64,000 bases of DNA from Macrostomum hystrix. Lineage: Eukaryota; Animalia; Platyhelminthes. Shown piece after piece: positions 1 to 13,327 of this stretch. Numbering within the stretch: position 1 is the first letter of the stretch; each line of letters opens with the position of its first letter. The notes beneath the pieces are model-generated. The model was not told the DNA's origin. It saw nothing but the letters and a program-made list of their open reading frames with translations, and ran no database searches. Location: NCBI GenBank assembly GCA_950097015.1, contig CATNEN010000001.1, forward strand, positions 1,798,001-1,862,000, given 5' to 3'. The position numbers and the translations under genes were made by a program.

Positions 1-1150
1 AGCTGGCTTGAACATTGAGCCCCTGCGACTAGTGGCACGATTTTCCTATCGAAAAATTGTGTTCGAAATGTGAGAAAATTCTGGCGCGATTCTCGTGACC
101 TTGGTGACATACGTCTCGTATTCACTGAATCAATCAATAAAAGCGGAAAATTTGATATAACGTTTCTTGAGTAAACAATTGCTGTAAGAAATGGGCTATA
201 CATCGAGTAATGAGAACTCGTGTTTTATAAATATAGATTTAATCAATAATAAAGTTAGTAAATTTGTTATAACTTGATCTGTTTAGGAACTCGTCAATTT
301 AGACGAATTGTTTTGTGAATTGTTTGTAAAGGGAATTTGCGAGTAGGCTATCAGTGGGCAGACAAGTTTTACGTACATTTTGTGCATCAAATGTTGATTT
401 AGCAGTAAAAATACCACGCTATTCTCCTCTGGGGAAAAACCACGGGAGGTTTCAAATACCCACTGCATGCCTACTTCACGACAGCTTCAAAAACTTATGA
501 CCGATTTTCGGGAAAGTACACATTACTTTCGAAATTTTCCACCGATGAAATAACTTTCAAAGCCGTCGGATTCAGAATCGTCGAGATATTCAGCGATTGT
601 TGCCAAAGACCCTGGTGACACGGTAAATATATATCGGTATTTGAAATACCCAGTGATCTTTCTGCCGTTAAACTCGAACTTTCAGACTTTTTGTATTATT
701 ATATCGAACAAATTTTACATTTTCTTAGCATTCTGCTACTCATAGTAATACGTTAAGCGCTGGATTAAATATTCATTAAAAATACTTAAATATTATCAGT
801 TCTATTAAATATCAATGCCTTAAAATTCAGTGAGCTAAATACATTCGTTAAAATATTAAAAAAATCCGTTACTTTAGATTTAGCCAAATATCTCACCTGC
901 GGCTTCTTGTCGGCCCCAGCGGCGGCGCCTGCGGCTTTGTCGCCAGCCGCAGCGCCGGCGGCTTTCTTATCGGCGCCAGCTTTGTCAGCTTTCTTGCCAG
1001 TAGGGGTAGTGCTCGCCCTGTACATGTAGTTCACGGCAATGCGACCCGCCTCCTCGCCTAGGCCAGACTTGCGCTTCGTCTGATTGGCGGAGCAGTAGAT
1101 AGTAGATGGTAGATAGTAGATAGTAGATGGTAGATAGTAGATAGTAGATG

Positions 1151-1192
<42 letters not shown>

Positions 1193-1215
1193 ATAGATGG
1201 TAGATAGCAGACAGC

Positions 1216-1252
<37 letters not shown>

Positions 1253-1278
1253 ATAATAGATTGTAGATAGTAGACAGC

Positions 1279-1311
<33 letters not shown>

Positions 1312-1325
1312 ATAGATAGTAGATG

Positions 1326-1374
<49 letters not shown>

Positions 1375-1465
1375 ATAGATAGTAGATGGTAGATAGTAGA
1401 TAGTAGATAGTAGATAATAGCTAGTAGATAGTAGATGGTAGATAGTAGATAGTAGATAGTAGATG

Positions 1466-1499
<34 letters not shown>

Positions 1500-1528
1500 G
1501 GTAGATAATAGCTAGTAGATAGTAGATG

Positions 1529-1570
<42 letters not shown>

Positions 1571-1575
1571 ATCGC

Positions 1576-1619
<44 letters not shown>

Positions 1620-1624
1620 ATAGC

Positions 1625-1668
<44 letters not shown>

Positions 1669-1759
1669 ATAGATAGTAGATGGTAGATAGTAGATAGTAG
1701 ATAGTAGATAATAGCTAGTAGATAGTAGATGGTAGATAGTAGATAGTAGATAGTAGATG

Positions 1760-1793
<34 letters not shown>

Positions 1794-1822
1794 GGTAGAT
1801 AATAGCTAGTAGATAGTAGATG

Positions 1823-1864
<42 letters not shown>

Positions 1865-1869
1865 ATCGC

Positions 1870-1913
<44 letters not shown>

Positions 1914-1918
1914 ATAGC

Positions 1919-1969
<51 letters not shown>

Positions 1970-2062
1970 ATATATTATAGCTAGTAGATAGTAGATGGTA
2001 GATAGTAGATAGTAGATGGTAGATAGTAGATAGTAGATAATAGATGGTAGATAGCAGACAGC

Positions 2063-2095
<33 letters not shown>

Positions 2096-2100
2096 ATAGC

Positions 2101-2158
<58 letters not shown>

Positions 2159-2163
2159 ATAGC

Positions 2164-2207
<44 letters not shown>

Positions 2208-2284
2208 ATAGATGGTAGATAGCAGACAGCGGATAGTAGATAGTAGACAGCAGATAGTAGATAGTAGATAATAGATAGTAGATT

Positions 2285-2339
<55 letters not shown>

Positions 2340-5300
2340 TAGTAGATGATGGAAGAATAGATAGTACAAGTATATTAGTAGATGGTACAACATAGAGAAT
2401 GCAACATTTAAGTTTCTTAAAATTGAGCATGTTTGAGCGGGTTAGTGCCAAACCTTTTCGCAGTACTCTGACTCCATGTAAGGATAGACCCTGTAGGCTC
2501 CACGAATTCTCGTCACTGCATGTCGAAAAATGTCACGTGACGAAGAATTTAATTTGAGGAATTTCCATATTTAAATAAAAGCGCAGTATAACAAATAAAT
2601 TTGCTTGTATCATTACCTCCCGGATACAACAGCGGTGACGCATTGACATAGGCAACTCCGTGAAATCCAATGGAGCCGTCTTCTTCCACCTGAATTAGGA
2701 TAAGAAATCTTATAATTACGTTTACTAAGCGGTGATTTAATTAAGATATCGAGTGAATTTAAGCGTGGCATCGGTGATTTTTTTAAAGCACAAAATAGGA
2801 GCAAATCAGAATAACATTACTTAAAGTAGGACGCGAAGTGAATTTAGCTATTTTAAAATTCAATGATTGGCTGGACAATTAAAGTACTGCCATTTGTTTT
2901 ATTTGGTGAATGTAAAACAAATGAAAACAAATCTTTGTGATCCATTTTTAAAGAATTAAAAATGTGATTCAATTCCACAGAAAAGTGGCTTAATTCTCTA
3001 CATTTTCAACATCGTTAGTGGCATTCTTGTCTGCAACTGGAGGCGGCGCCATGAAAGCCATAGACTGGTGGTGCTTAGCAAGTGTGCCAGCTTTGCCCTG
3101 TCCGCCGTGGCCAACGGCCGCCTTCTCATCGGCTGCCGTGTCCTTGTTCGAGTTTTATAGTGACTTTTAAATACAGTGTACTTTTAAATGATTGACAGAA
3201 CCCCTGAATCGCCATGGATAGCCAGTGTCTAACAGATTCATAGCCAGTGTCTAACAGATTCATAGCCAGTGTCTAACAGATTCATAGCCAGTGTCTAACA
3301 GATTGATAGCCAGTGTCTAACAGATTGATAGCAAGTGTCTAACAGATTCATAGCCAGTGTCTAACAGATTCATAGCCAGTGTCTAACAGATTCATAGCCA
3401 GTGTCTAACAGATTGATAGCCAGTGTCTAACAGATTCATAGCCAGTGTCTAACAGATTCATAGCCAGTGTCTAACAGATTCATAGCCAGTGTCTAACAGA
3501 TTGATAGCAAGTGTCTAACAGATTCATAGCCAGTGTCTAACAGATTGATAGCCAGTGTCTAACAGATTCATAGCCAGTGTCTAACAGATTCATAGCCAGT
3601 GTCTAACAGATTCATAGCCAGTGTCTAACAGATTCATAGCCAGTGTCTAACAGATTGATAGCCAGTGTCTAACAGATTGATAGCCAGTGTCTAACAGATT
3701 CATAGCCAGTGTCTAACAGATTGATAGCCAGTGTCTAACAGATTCATAGCCAGTGTCTAACAGATTGATAGCCAGTGTCTAACAGATTCATAGCCAGTGT
3801 CTAACAGATTGATAGCCAGTGTCTAACAGATTCTTAGCCAGTGTCTAACAGATTCATAGCCAGTGTCTAAGAGATTCTTAGCCAGTGTCTAACAGATTCA
3901 TAGCCAGTGTCTAACAGATTCATAGCCAGTGTCTAAGAGATTCTTAGCCAGTGTCTAAGAGATTCTTAGCCAGTGTCTAACAGATTCATAGCCAGTGTCT
4001 AACAGATTCATAGCCAGTGTCTAACAGATTCATAGCCAGTGTCTAACAGATTCATAGCCAGTGTCTAACAGATTCATAGCCAGTGTCTAACAGATTCATA
4101 GCCAGTGTCTAACAGATTCATAGCCAGTGTCTAACAGATTCATAGCCAGTGTCTAACAGATTCATAGCCAGTGTCTAACAGATTCATAGCCAGTGTCTAA
4201 CAGATTCATAGCCAGTGTCTAACAGATTCATAGCCAGTGTCTAACAGATTCATAGCCAGTGTCTAACAGATTGATAGCCAGTGTCTAACAGATTCATAGC
4301 CAGTGTCTAACAGATTCATAGCCAGTGTCTAACAGATTGATAGCCAGTGTCTAACAGATTCATAGCCAGTGTCTAACAGATTCATAGCCAGTGTCTAACA
4401 GATTCATAGCCAGTGTCTAACAGATTCATAGCCAGTGTCTAACAGATTGATAGCCAGTGTCTAACAGATTCATAGCCAGTGTCTAACAGATTCATAGCCA
4501 GTGTCTAACAGATTCATAGCCAGTGTCTAACAGATTCATAGCCAGTGTCTAACAGATTGATAGCCAGTGTCTAACAGATTGATAGCCAGTGTCTAACAGA
4601 TTCATAGCCAGTGTCTAACAGATTCATAGCCAGTGTCTAACAGATTCATAGCCAGTGTCTAACAGATTCATAGCCAGTGTCTAACAGATTCATAGCCAGT
4701 GTCTAACAGATTCATAGCCAGTGTCTAACAGATTCATAGCCAGTGTCTAACAGATTCATAGCCAGTGTCTAACAGATTGATAGCAAGTGTCTAACAGATT
4801 GATAGCCAGTGTCTAACAGATTGATAGCCAGTGTCTAACAGATTCATAGCCAGTGTCTAACAGATTGATAGCCAGTCTCTAAAATGGGGTCTATCAGCCA
4901 GAATCGGATTTTTCAAATGAGAAAGCAACAGTATCCAATTACGAAAATCATGTTCTGACCGCACTACTGAGAAATAGTAGCATAATAAATTTGCGCGTCG
5001 AGAAAAAGACGAATCAAAATAAACTAATTCGCCAAATATTCTACGAATCAATTTTTATTAAAGTTATTTTTCCAATCGCGGAGCCCGCAGATATAAATTA
5101 AACCAATCTTGCTCGTACACTTTTGTCAGAAAAAGTGGCCAAGCTTTCGTGTGAACCGCTGCGACTAATGGATCGCCTGTGCAGTGGTACCGCCGGCACC
5201 GTCAGCTGTTGACGACTTTTTGATTTGCCCGTCGTCTTCAGTTTGATTAATTTTTTAAAAGAAAATGCGTAAGAAGAAAATGCAGCAAAAAGTATTTTAG

Positions 5301-7816
5301 TGGCTACTTAAAGTAGAGTTTAGGGAAATTTTTTTTGACTAGAAAGACTTGCTGATCTTTTTAAGCCTAAGCACTTTTCTTTTTTATGGAAAGCAAAGGC
5401 AAATTTTGCGTTTCCTGTACAGCGAATAGAGACAAATGAAGCAACAATTAAGCTTGTATAGTAGGTAGACCAGTCGATTCTAACAATAAAAAAGCAATAC
5501 AAAAGCAAACACAAATTTAAAGGAAGTAAATACTCGTAGCAAATAAAGAAATAATTTTCTAACTAGGAGTCAAAAACAAAATTGACTTAAATTACTAGTA
5601 ATGCTCGTAATTATAATTATGTTGTGTCATGGTTGCTTTTACCTTTCCCGGCTGCAATTATCGCATGAAGGGTTTAGTAAATTGTGTGAGTAAATATTGA
5701 TAACCTGAGATTTAAAGCCGTGTTAGCTGAGGCGCCTACTTAGATTAGCACTTCTAGTATTTATTTTAGCGAGTAGAATCAAGACTCCATTTTTATTATT
5801 CTCTTACCTTCTTTCCGCGACCGCCGGAGCCCTGATTAAGACGGAAAATCTCCACTGGCCAAATGCGTGTTCGCGCGATTCTGTCTTGGATTCTGCGAAA
5901 AACGGGTGTCAAGATTTCTTTGTTTTGTACTTTTGCAAAGTGCAGTTTGCTTTTGACGAATCTAGCAAATTAAAATCGAAAATTGCCTGTTCTTTGATTG
6001 GCTAAAACAACTCTAACGAATTAGAATTCGTCGAAATCAACTTGATCGCTGATTGGCTAAACCAGCACTAACCAATTAGAATTCGTCAAAATCAACTTGC
6101 TCGCTGATTGGCTAAACCAGCACTAACCAATTAGAATTCGTCAAAATCAACTTGCTCGCTGATTGGCTAAAAAGCACTCCAGCCAATCGAAACAATTCTA
6201 GCTCTTATCATTAGCTAGTTCGATTAATAAACAGCATAATCAGAATTATCTTCACGCTCTCAGCCAATCAACTCACACTTTGAGTCCCTCCTGGCCCACA
6301 AAGCAGTTCTTAGTCGTATTCCAAGTGACTCGCTGCTTTTCAGCTTCGGCCGCCTGTCGAAATTCTTGCTCCTCCGGCGAGCGCAAATCGCCGTCCTCGG
6401 CGTCAACAGGATCCGATCCGATTTCAACGCCTGGCATGTAAACCGACTGGCCCTGCGCCGAGCCTGCCAGATACCATCGACGTCGCCGATTCGGTGGCTC
6501 TTTGTCCGGCGTAGCCTTGGCGTTGCCGTTGATGAAGACTATCGGCAAGTCCCGATCCGGGGCGTAGGGCATCGCCGTAGCTGCGACATAGCAGCCTTGC
6601 GGTCCACTGGGACTAAATGAGTCCGGCGGTGAGAACAGCGACTCGACCGTGATGCCGACCAAGTTGGTCTCCTGCTGCAGAGCTTCGCCGATCAGCGGCT
6701 GCTCGACGGTCAGCAGGATGTCAATCTCCGGCTTAGGAGCATCTGGAGGCAGCGACTCCAGGGGCGAGCCAGGAATTGCGTTTATCTGTGAATTTGGGTT
6801 TTGGACTTCTAGCTATGACATCGAAAGTTCGAATCCCACCCTCTTGGAAACAAAACTGTAAGACGAGATTGAGAGAAAATACGCGAGAGACGAGAGACAA
6901 AAGAGATGAGATGGAGAGAGATGAGATGGGGAGAGGAAAGACAGGGAAGAGATAAGACAGGGGAGAGATGAGACAGGGGAGAGATAAGACGGGGGAGAGA
7001 TAAGACACGGGAGAGATAAGACGGAGGAGAGATAAGACAGGGAAGAGATAAGATGGGGGAGAGATGAGACACAGGAGAGATGAGACACAGGAGAGATGAG
7101 ACACAGGAGAGATAAGACACGGGAGAGATAAGACAGGGAAGAGATAAGACGGGGGAGAGATGAGACACGGGAGAGATGAGACAGGGGAGAGATAATACAG
7201 GGGAGAGATAATACAGGGGAGAGAAAAGACGTTAGGATGTGACAAGGGAAGGGTCAAGAAGGCTAAGAAATGCGATACAGTGTCTGTTCCAAAAAGGACC
7301 AGACAGAATGTGCAGTGCAGGGGGAGCACAAGTTCACCTGCAGAGTGTAGCTGTGACGCGTTGCTCCCCGAACCAATGGCAGCAGGTCAAAGGACACCTG
7401 ACCAAGCGGCACAGTTTTCTCGTCTTTCTGCTTTTTCTCCTTGGGCAGGACCTCCGTGACGGTGCACAGGACCGGCTTGTAGCAGATTTCGTCCAGAAAC
7501 GACACGTCGTCAATTGAGCAGGGCAGTTTCACCTGGAAATTGAACTCAGCCTCAGTGTCCGGATTGCAGTCCATCTTTGGCGACTCGCCGAGGCCTTTGT
7601 CGTTGAATTCCACCTTCAGCGTGGAGCTCACTTGGTCGCCTTTGGTGCCGCGCTGTGTAGTAAGAAGTTATTAGCAAATTGATTCATTTTAAATACATTT
7701 CGTCATTTCGACTTGTAAAATTGTATTAGACAGTAGTCTCTCACCAGGTTGCGAACCCTCAAAAAGTTGATCACCAACGACTCATTCATTCTGGCTGTGC
7801 CGCCACCTTCAGTCAT
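1..7816 (-). CDS. CFAP70: Cilia- and flagella-associated protein 70 (TTC18), 5' portion; gene continues beyond window start
   Basis: Spliced exons 7816-7745, 7652-7338, 6785-6277, 5892-5808, 2689-2617, 2515-2454, 1079-897, and possibly 45-1; all have GT-AG boundaries and consistent phases. Translation includes [44 protein letters not shown] and [29 protein letters not shown], which I recognise as CFAP70 N-terminal motifs (recall, not a database search). Confidence 0.9.
1094..2345. repeat. 7-bp tandem repeat (GATAGTA)n in a CFAP70 intron
   Basis: Directly visible; starts about 13 nt from the acceptor at 1080-1081. Confidence 0.95.
3218..4876. repeat. 22-bp minisatellite (TAGCCAGTGTCTAACAGATTCA)n
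   Basis: Highly homogeneous tandem array in CFAP70 intron 4. Confidence 0.95.
5996..6172. repeat. 55-bp tandem repeat, about 3 copies, containing ATTGG/CCAAT motifs
   Basis: GATTGGCTAA recurs at 5996, 6051, 6106 and 6161. Confidence 0.85.
6863..7230. repeat. GA-rich ~17-bp minisatellite (GAGAGATAAGACAGGG-like)
   Basis: Visible tandem array in CFAP70 intron 2; it generates spurious ORFs. Confidence 0.9.
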
Positions 7817-8882
7817 GTTTGTTAGCGCCTTGTTTTTTATTTTGTCAACTAGATGTGAAGAATGGCAAGTTTTTTTTATTCTGAAAGTTTGTTAGAAAGT
7901 TTGAAAATTTTGAAACGTTTATTTTTACGTTTAACTAGAAAAAAGTAACTTCTATGAGTTATATTGATCAGAAAATATTTTGTTAATTTTAGTAGCTTTT
8001 AATTAATTCAGTGGAATTCGACAAAAATGGCACTAACATAAAAACTTATTTTTATAAATAGAACTACAAATTTCAATTCGCAGCCTTAAAAATAAAATTA
8101 TTTTTTGCTATGGACATATTTCTCAAAAAATAATCCACAAACATCGTAAAGTCGCATTTTACTGTATGATAATGCAGAACTCAAATTTTTTTTGTAAAAG
8201 TATGATACTTGTAAAGAAATAATTACTTTTGTCTCGTTTACGGCATTGAAAGGTAAACAATAGAAAATAATGTAAAAGAATACGGACTTGTTAACTACAC
8301 ATTCTATAAGAAACTTCATAAAAGCATTTTATTTTTTACTATGACGCACTAAATATCGAGGATTCATATAATAAATACAATTACGAAAATAAATTAAGAA
8401 GCAAAACTATGTGGAGCTGAATAAATAAGTAAAAAAACACTTTCTGGGATAATAAATAAAAACTATGTTGTGAAAATGCTCTTTCTCTTTGTTGCTTAAC
8501 TATAGGACAAACATAAAGTTGTGCCTTGTAATGAATGTCGAAAGATCACGTATGCAGATAGAAATGCAAAAAATGTGGCTCAAGAACACGATTCAAATAT
8601 GACATTTTTATTATAGATACAAAAAGCGCCTTTACGAAACCAATAAAAATAAAAAATAGTGCTATTATTTTTTACTTTGAAATAATTTTCTTTCAGTTTT
8701 TTCTGTTTATAGCAATGAGTTTTGAATTTACTATATGTTTTGTTTAGCTACTTAGAAGTATAAGCTCCAGTTTTTAATATAGTCCTTTTAGTAAATTTAT
8801 CCTGCTGACTTTGCTGGGGTCCGTATTCCGTATCCGTCTTGCTGTTTTCTTTAACTATTTTTCTGACAAATAACGTAATAAC

Positions 8883-10851
8883 ATGAGGCTTCTTTATTGT
8901 TGCTTTTCTGCGGTGCTGATGTTGCGATACGCTGCAGCAATCGAAGAAATTCCCATATCTGAAGGTATGGTAAAAGCGGCACAAGAAGAAGAAGATCAAA
9001 AGACACACAAGGCGACCAAATCGAAGTGCACATTCTTTGGTAAATTGTTTTGCATTAATAATTATAATACTTTATCATAAAAAATGCAGAAATCAAAAAA
9101 GAAAAAACTGAAAAATGAAAAAAATTGTATAAAAAAAATTGTTTTTGAACTGGTACTGACAATATTTCTATCGTTTTCATTTTGCTACATTTTTTGTTCA
9201 GTTGTGTTTGTGATTTAATTTTAAATTTGTCATTAAAAAATCAACAATTCCAAAATGTTTAGCGGAATTCTGTCTCAATTTGAGACTTTATTCGTTTAAA
9301 TGAGAATTTTTATAGAATTTTTTCACTGTTATATATGTATAATATTTTTTACTATATCTAAGTTGCAAGATATACAGAAAAAAAGTGCAATATGTAAATG
9401 TTATTGCATAAAAGACACAAAAAGTAGGGTTTTTGTGTCTTTTTTAAGTTTGATGGTAATATACATTCCATCAGTTTTTCTGCAGTTAAAACATACTAGT
9501 TATTGCTATCTTTTATAAATGAGCTGTTGAATAGTGTTGAAGAAAGTGACAGTATAAAGAATAAATGAGCTCTTTAGCTACTGTTAATTAGTTTTAAAAT
9601 AATGCTTAATTATAAAAACTTTCACACGCACAGCTGGCACCAGATACTCAGTACCAGAGAGCAGCCTAGTCAACTGTTACTGGTATAACCGAAACGCCTG
9701 CTGCAAGCGCATCGAAGTGACTTCCGTATTCAGTTCTCTGCTGTCTAAATTGGAGGGTGAGACTAGGCGCTGCTATGACATGCTGCGCTACCTGCTGTGC
9801 TACTTCTGCAGTCCAGAGCAACACTTCTGGTTCAGGGACAAGTAAGTGTTTTTGGTGTCGATTTTGTCCGAAAAACTCATCCAAAATACACAATAAAATC
9901 CGATTTTTTTTCAGCAAAGTATTCGTCTGCAAGTCGTTCTGCGATGACATTTTCAGTCATTGTCGAACTGCCACAATGGGAGGCGTTAGCTTTGGTGAGC
10001 TCGCTTGGTACTCATTGACCTAAATTAATAGCTGTTATGACGAGAAAACCATTGTCAACTCTCTACCATCATTCAGTTCCCTCTCTCCCAGTCCTCAGTC
10101 CACTCTCTCCCATCCCTCAGTCCACTCTCTCCCATCCCTCAGTTCTCTCTCTACCATTCCTCAGTTTCCTCTCTCCCATCCCTCAGTCCACTCTCTCCCA
10201 TACTTCAGTTCCCTCTCTCCCATACCTCAGTCCACTCTCCCCCATCCCTCAGTCCACTCTCTCCCATACCTCAGTTCCCTCTCTCCCATACCTCAGTCCA
10301 CTCTCTCCCATCCCTCAGTCCACTCTCCCCCATCCCTCAGTCCACTCTCTCCCATACTTCAGTTCCCTCTCTCCCATCCCTCAGTCCACTCTCTCCCATC
10401 CCTCAGTCTACTTTCTCCCATCCCTCAGTCCACTCTCTCCCATCCCTCAGTCCACTCTCTCCCATACTTCAGTTCCCTCTCTCCCATCCCTCAGTCCACT
10501 CTCTCCCATACTTCAGTTCCCTCTCTCCCATACCTCAGTTTCCTCTCTCCCATCCCTCAGTCCACTCTCTCCCATCCCTCAGTCCACTCTCTCCCATCCC
10601 TCAGTCCACTCTCTCCCAAGCTAATCCTACAAGCAGTCACCATCACCATCACATTTATCGCATCAGTCAAAGCCTTCAAGTCTGGCAGCGAATTCTGCGC
10701 CGGCAACAATTTCGCTGTTCAGGAGGACAATCTAGAGTGCTTCGCTTTCGATCCGACACAGTTTGACGCGGCTAGTTCAGTGCGACCCTGGCTGCCTCTG
10801 CTTCTATTGGCTGCTATTTCTTCTTGTTTGTTAATTGTTGCAGTGTATTAG
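8883..10851 (+). CDS. Folate receptor / riboflavin-binding protein family, secreted and probably GPI-anchored, about 209 aa
   Basis: Exons 8883-9039, 9634-9841, 9915-9994, 10667-10851 (630 nt, phases consistent, GT-AG). N-terminal signal peptide; Cys pattern NCYWY..ACCK..CYDMLRYLLCYFCSPEQ..VFVCKSFCDDIFSHC..FC..C; hydrophobic tail PWLPLLLLAAISSCLLIVAVY*; AATAAA at 10949. Confidence 0.8.
10070..10618. repeat. 22-bp minisatellite (CCCTCAGTCCACTCTCTCCCAT)n
   Basis: Fills most of intron 3 of the folate-receptor-like gene. Confidence 0.95.
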
Positions 10852-11760
10852 ATTTCGCTTACTGTTTTCACGTTGTGGGGTAAAAAAGCTCAAATCACAT
10901 GTCTAATGTGTAGTGCTTCTTGGGTCAGTAGTTCGATTCCCAACCCCAAATAAAACAAGTTGTCATCCAAGAATTAATGATTCATGTTCTTGCAACTTTT
11001 TTTTACATTCGAGCAATCCGAGCAGTTTGTTTTATCTAGTGTTTTACTTCTATTTCCTTAAGTTTACACAATTCTAGTCGACTAGTTGACGAGCCATTGT
11101 TAGTCATTTTAGTTTTTTTCTACAATAACAACGAAGGCGTTTATTACGAACGAATGTGTATACCTTTTGCCTCTTGAATGCTTTAATTTCATACCAGCAA
11201 TTTCACATGCACGACTAAGTTTGTGCTTTATTTATAGAGCATTTTTAAGTAGGAACTCTGTTTTGGGCGGCAATGCACTTATGCAATTATGCGAATTCTT
11301 TTTAGTCAAAGTACGTCGTAGTTAACTGCAATTTTACTGTGATATTGACAAATATAATATTTGAAACACTTAGTTAACTACATTTATATTACAATTGCAA
11401 AAGCCAGCCTTTTAAATGTTTCAAATCAGCGTCTTAAATTGTTTGTTTGAACTTTCCTAAGAACTAAAAATGGACCTTGTCATTAACATATATATGGTTA
11501 TGATAAAGAGAATGAATAAAAAACGTATTCACTTAAGGTTACTATAATTGAAACTGCAGCCCGTTTGTGAATCGATGAGTATTTATGAAATATGGAGTTT
11601 TGAATACTGGGGCGAAATTGAGGTTACGAACAAGGCTCAAGTCTGTAGTTTAAGTGGTTTGGATGTTAGGATTTTCATCGCTAAAAAGCTGCGAAGATAA
11701 AAGCTGCGAAGATGAACAGGTGAATACAATTCAGTCGACAATGCATCTTTTGCTTGTGGT

Positions 11761-11776
11761 GGCCCTGAAAAGGGCC
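11761..11776 (-). terminator. Histone mRNA 3' stem-loop of H2B
   Basis: Minus strand reads AAAAC-GGCCCTTTTCAGGGCC-ACCAC, the canonical SLBP-binding stem-loop, about 65 nt past the H2B stop. Confidence 0.93.
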
Positions 11777-11839
11777 GTTTTAGCGTTCTAATAATCTACG
11801 ACGTTGTCGTAGTATTCCAGGTCAAGCTAGACAAGGTCT

Positions 11840-12205
11840 TTACTTGGCGCTGGTGTACTTGGTGACGGCCTTGGTGCCCTCGCTGACGGCGTGCTTGGCC
11901 AGCTCACCAGGCAGCAGAAGACGCACAGCGGTTTGGATCTCCCGGCTGCTGATGGTGCTACGCTTGTTGTAGTGAGCCAGACGGCTGGCCTCGCCGGCAA
12001 TGCGCTCGAACACATCGTTGACGAAGCTATTCATGATCATCATGGCCTTGCTGGAAATGCCAGTGTCCGGGTGCACCTGTCGAAGAACCTTGTAGATGTA
12101 GATGGCGTACGACTCCTTCCTCCTGCGCTTCCTCTTCTTGTCAGACTTGGGTGCCTTGGCCTTGCTGGCCTTCTTGGCAGCCTTTCCACTAACCTTCGGA
12201 GGCAT
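11840..12205 (-). CDS. H2B: Histone H2B (replication-dependent, intronless)
   Basis: 121-aa [15 protein letters not shown]...[27 protein letters not shown]...[29 protein letters not shown] with a downstream stem-loop. Confidence 0.98.
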   Translation of the reverse strand: MPPKVSGKAAKKASKAKAPKSDKKRKRRRKESYAIYIYKVLRQVHPDTGISSKAMMIMNSFVNDVFERIAGEASRLAHYNKRSTISSREIQTAVRLLLPGELAKHAVSEGTKAVTKYTSAK

Positions 12206-12290
12206 TGCTTATAGTCGTTTAATGTATTAATTGTGCCGAGAGAAGAACTGTTTCGTGGTTCTGGTTTGATGAAGGTGACCAAGTATTTCG

Positions 12291-12367
12291 ATATATAGTG
12301 GAAACAGAACTGAGCTTGAAACTTAATTTTGGGCCGATCGATATTTTAGCAAAATGCCACAGCCAAT
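12291..12367 (-). promoter_or_regulatory. Probable H2B promoter (TATA-like box and CCAAT box)
   Basis: TATATA at about 12292-12297, roughly 90 nt upstream of the ATG; CCAAT at 12363. Confidence 0.5.
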
Positions 12368-12599
12368 GAGAGAAGTATCCTTCTCACATGCGATTATCTT
12401 AAACTGACTCGTACATTTCTCTCTACTGTCAGTAGAGCACAAACAATTTGTGCTTTTTTTATTGCTTTTAGCCAAAATACTTTCTGTTTACTAGCTGCGT
12501 TCACGTCGCGGAATTGAATTATAGATATATTGTTAAAAACTAAATTTAACTTTGCTTTCTTCATAGGTAAAACATTATTCTTAATTCCTCTGGTCATAC

Positions 12600-12972
12600 T
12601 AGTTAGTTATTCCAGGTAAATTCAATTATAAATAGAAAAACAAGGTACACAGATTAAAGCGATTTAAAACAGAAAATGCAATACACAAATACAATTAAAA
12701 AAGGAATAAACATGCACGCTTACGCTAGCGTCTACCGGCTAGTCAAGTACTGCTAAATAAAAAGAATATTGTATGTTCTCTTATTCTCACTTATTAAGGA
12801 TCGGTTGACTGCCAATAAGAATTAGTACAAAACTGATCTATTTAGATAAACTTGACGAAAAATGGTTTCAAGGGTTGACTTACACAGAAGTAATGCTTCG
12901 TGCAAAAGCTGCAGAGTGCAGACTGCAGTTATAAAATTTATATATCTAAAACGGCCCTTCTTAGGACCACCA
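12600..12972 (+). pseudogene. Heavily decayed histone H2A remnant ending in a degenerate stem-loop
   Basis: CTAAAAC-GGCCCTTCTTAGGACC-ACCA (stem-loop 12953-12968) has the same flanks as the H2B stem-loop. Fragments GTA CAC AGA TTA (VHRL, 12645) and GTCTACCGGCT..AAGTAC (resembling VYLAAV.EY, 12730). Divergent to H2B, as in canonical H2A/H2B pairs. Confidence 0.45.
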
Positions 12973-12994
12973 GGCTGATTAGTCTAACTCAAAA

Positions 12995-13327
12995 GTCAAA
13001 ACTACGGCATTTCATAAGCTTGGCGCAAGTCGTATACAACCTAAAGTATAATTAGGACCCCAAGCAATTTCAAGTTTCTCTCGAATTTTTCCTCTCTTAC
13101 TGTGTTAAGGTTAGAGTCAATATAACTTCTTTTGCCGTGTCTACCGCGTGTTTTATAAGTTTGTAGCAATCATGATTCATGATTTAATTAAATTTGCAAA
13201 TTTGTTTGCCTTAATTATGACCAAGGCACCCAATAGGTATTCTTTAAAAGTAATATCAACCGCTAATTTCTTGCACATTATATACGAGGCGAGACTGGAT
13301 GCAATTAAAACGGCCCTTTCAAGGACA
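12995..13327 (+). pseudogene. Decayed histone H3 remnant with degenerate stem-loop
   Basis: ANLFA (13196; cf. TNLCA) and LAHYIRGET (13270-13296; cf. LARRIRGER), immediately followed by TAAAAC-GGCCCTTTCAAGGACA (stem-loop 13312-13327). Confidence 0.6.

Noticed and set aside
95-3222. RFX X-box-like motifs (GTGACCTTGGTGAC near 95; ATCGCCATGGATAG near 3209) in the ciliary gene CFAP70
   Set aside because: Imperfect matches located deep in introns rather than near the start; not distinguishable from chance.
10873-10950. tRNA/SINE-like segment with B-box GTTCGATTCC
   Set aside because: No cloverleaf or A-box could be built; it lies in the 3' UTR of the folate-receptor-like gene.
11827-12282. Alternative-frame and antisense ORFs overlapping H2B
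   Set aside because: Shadow ORFs of a GC-rich coding sequence.
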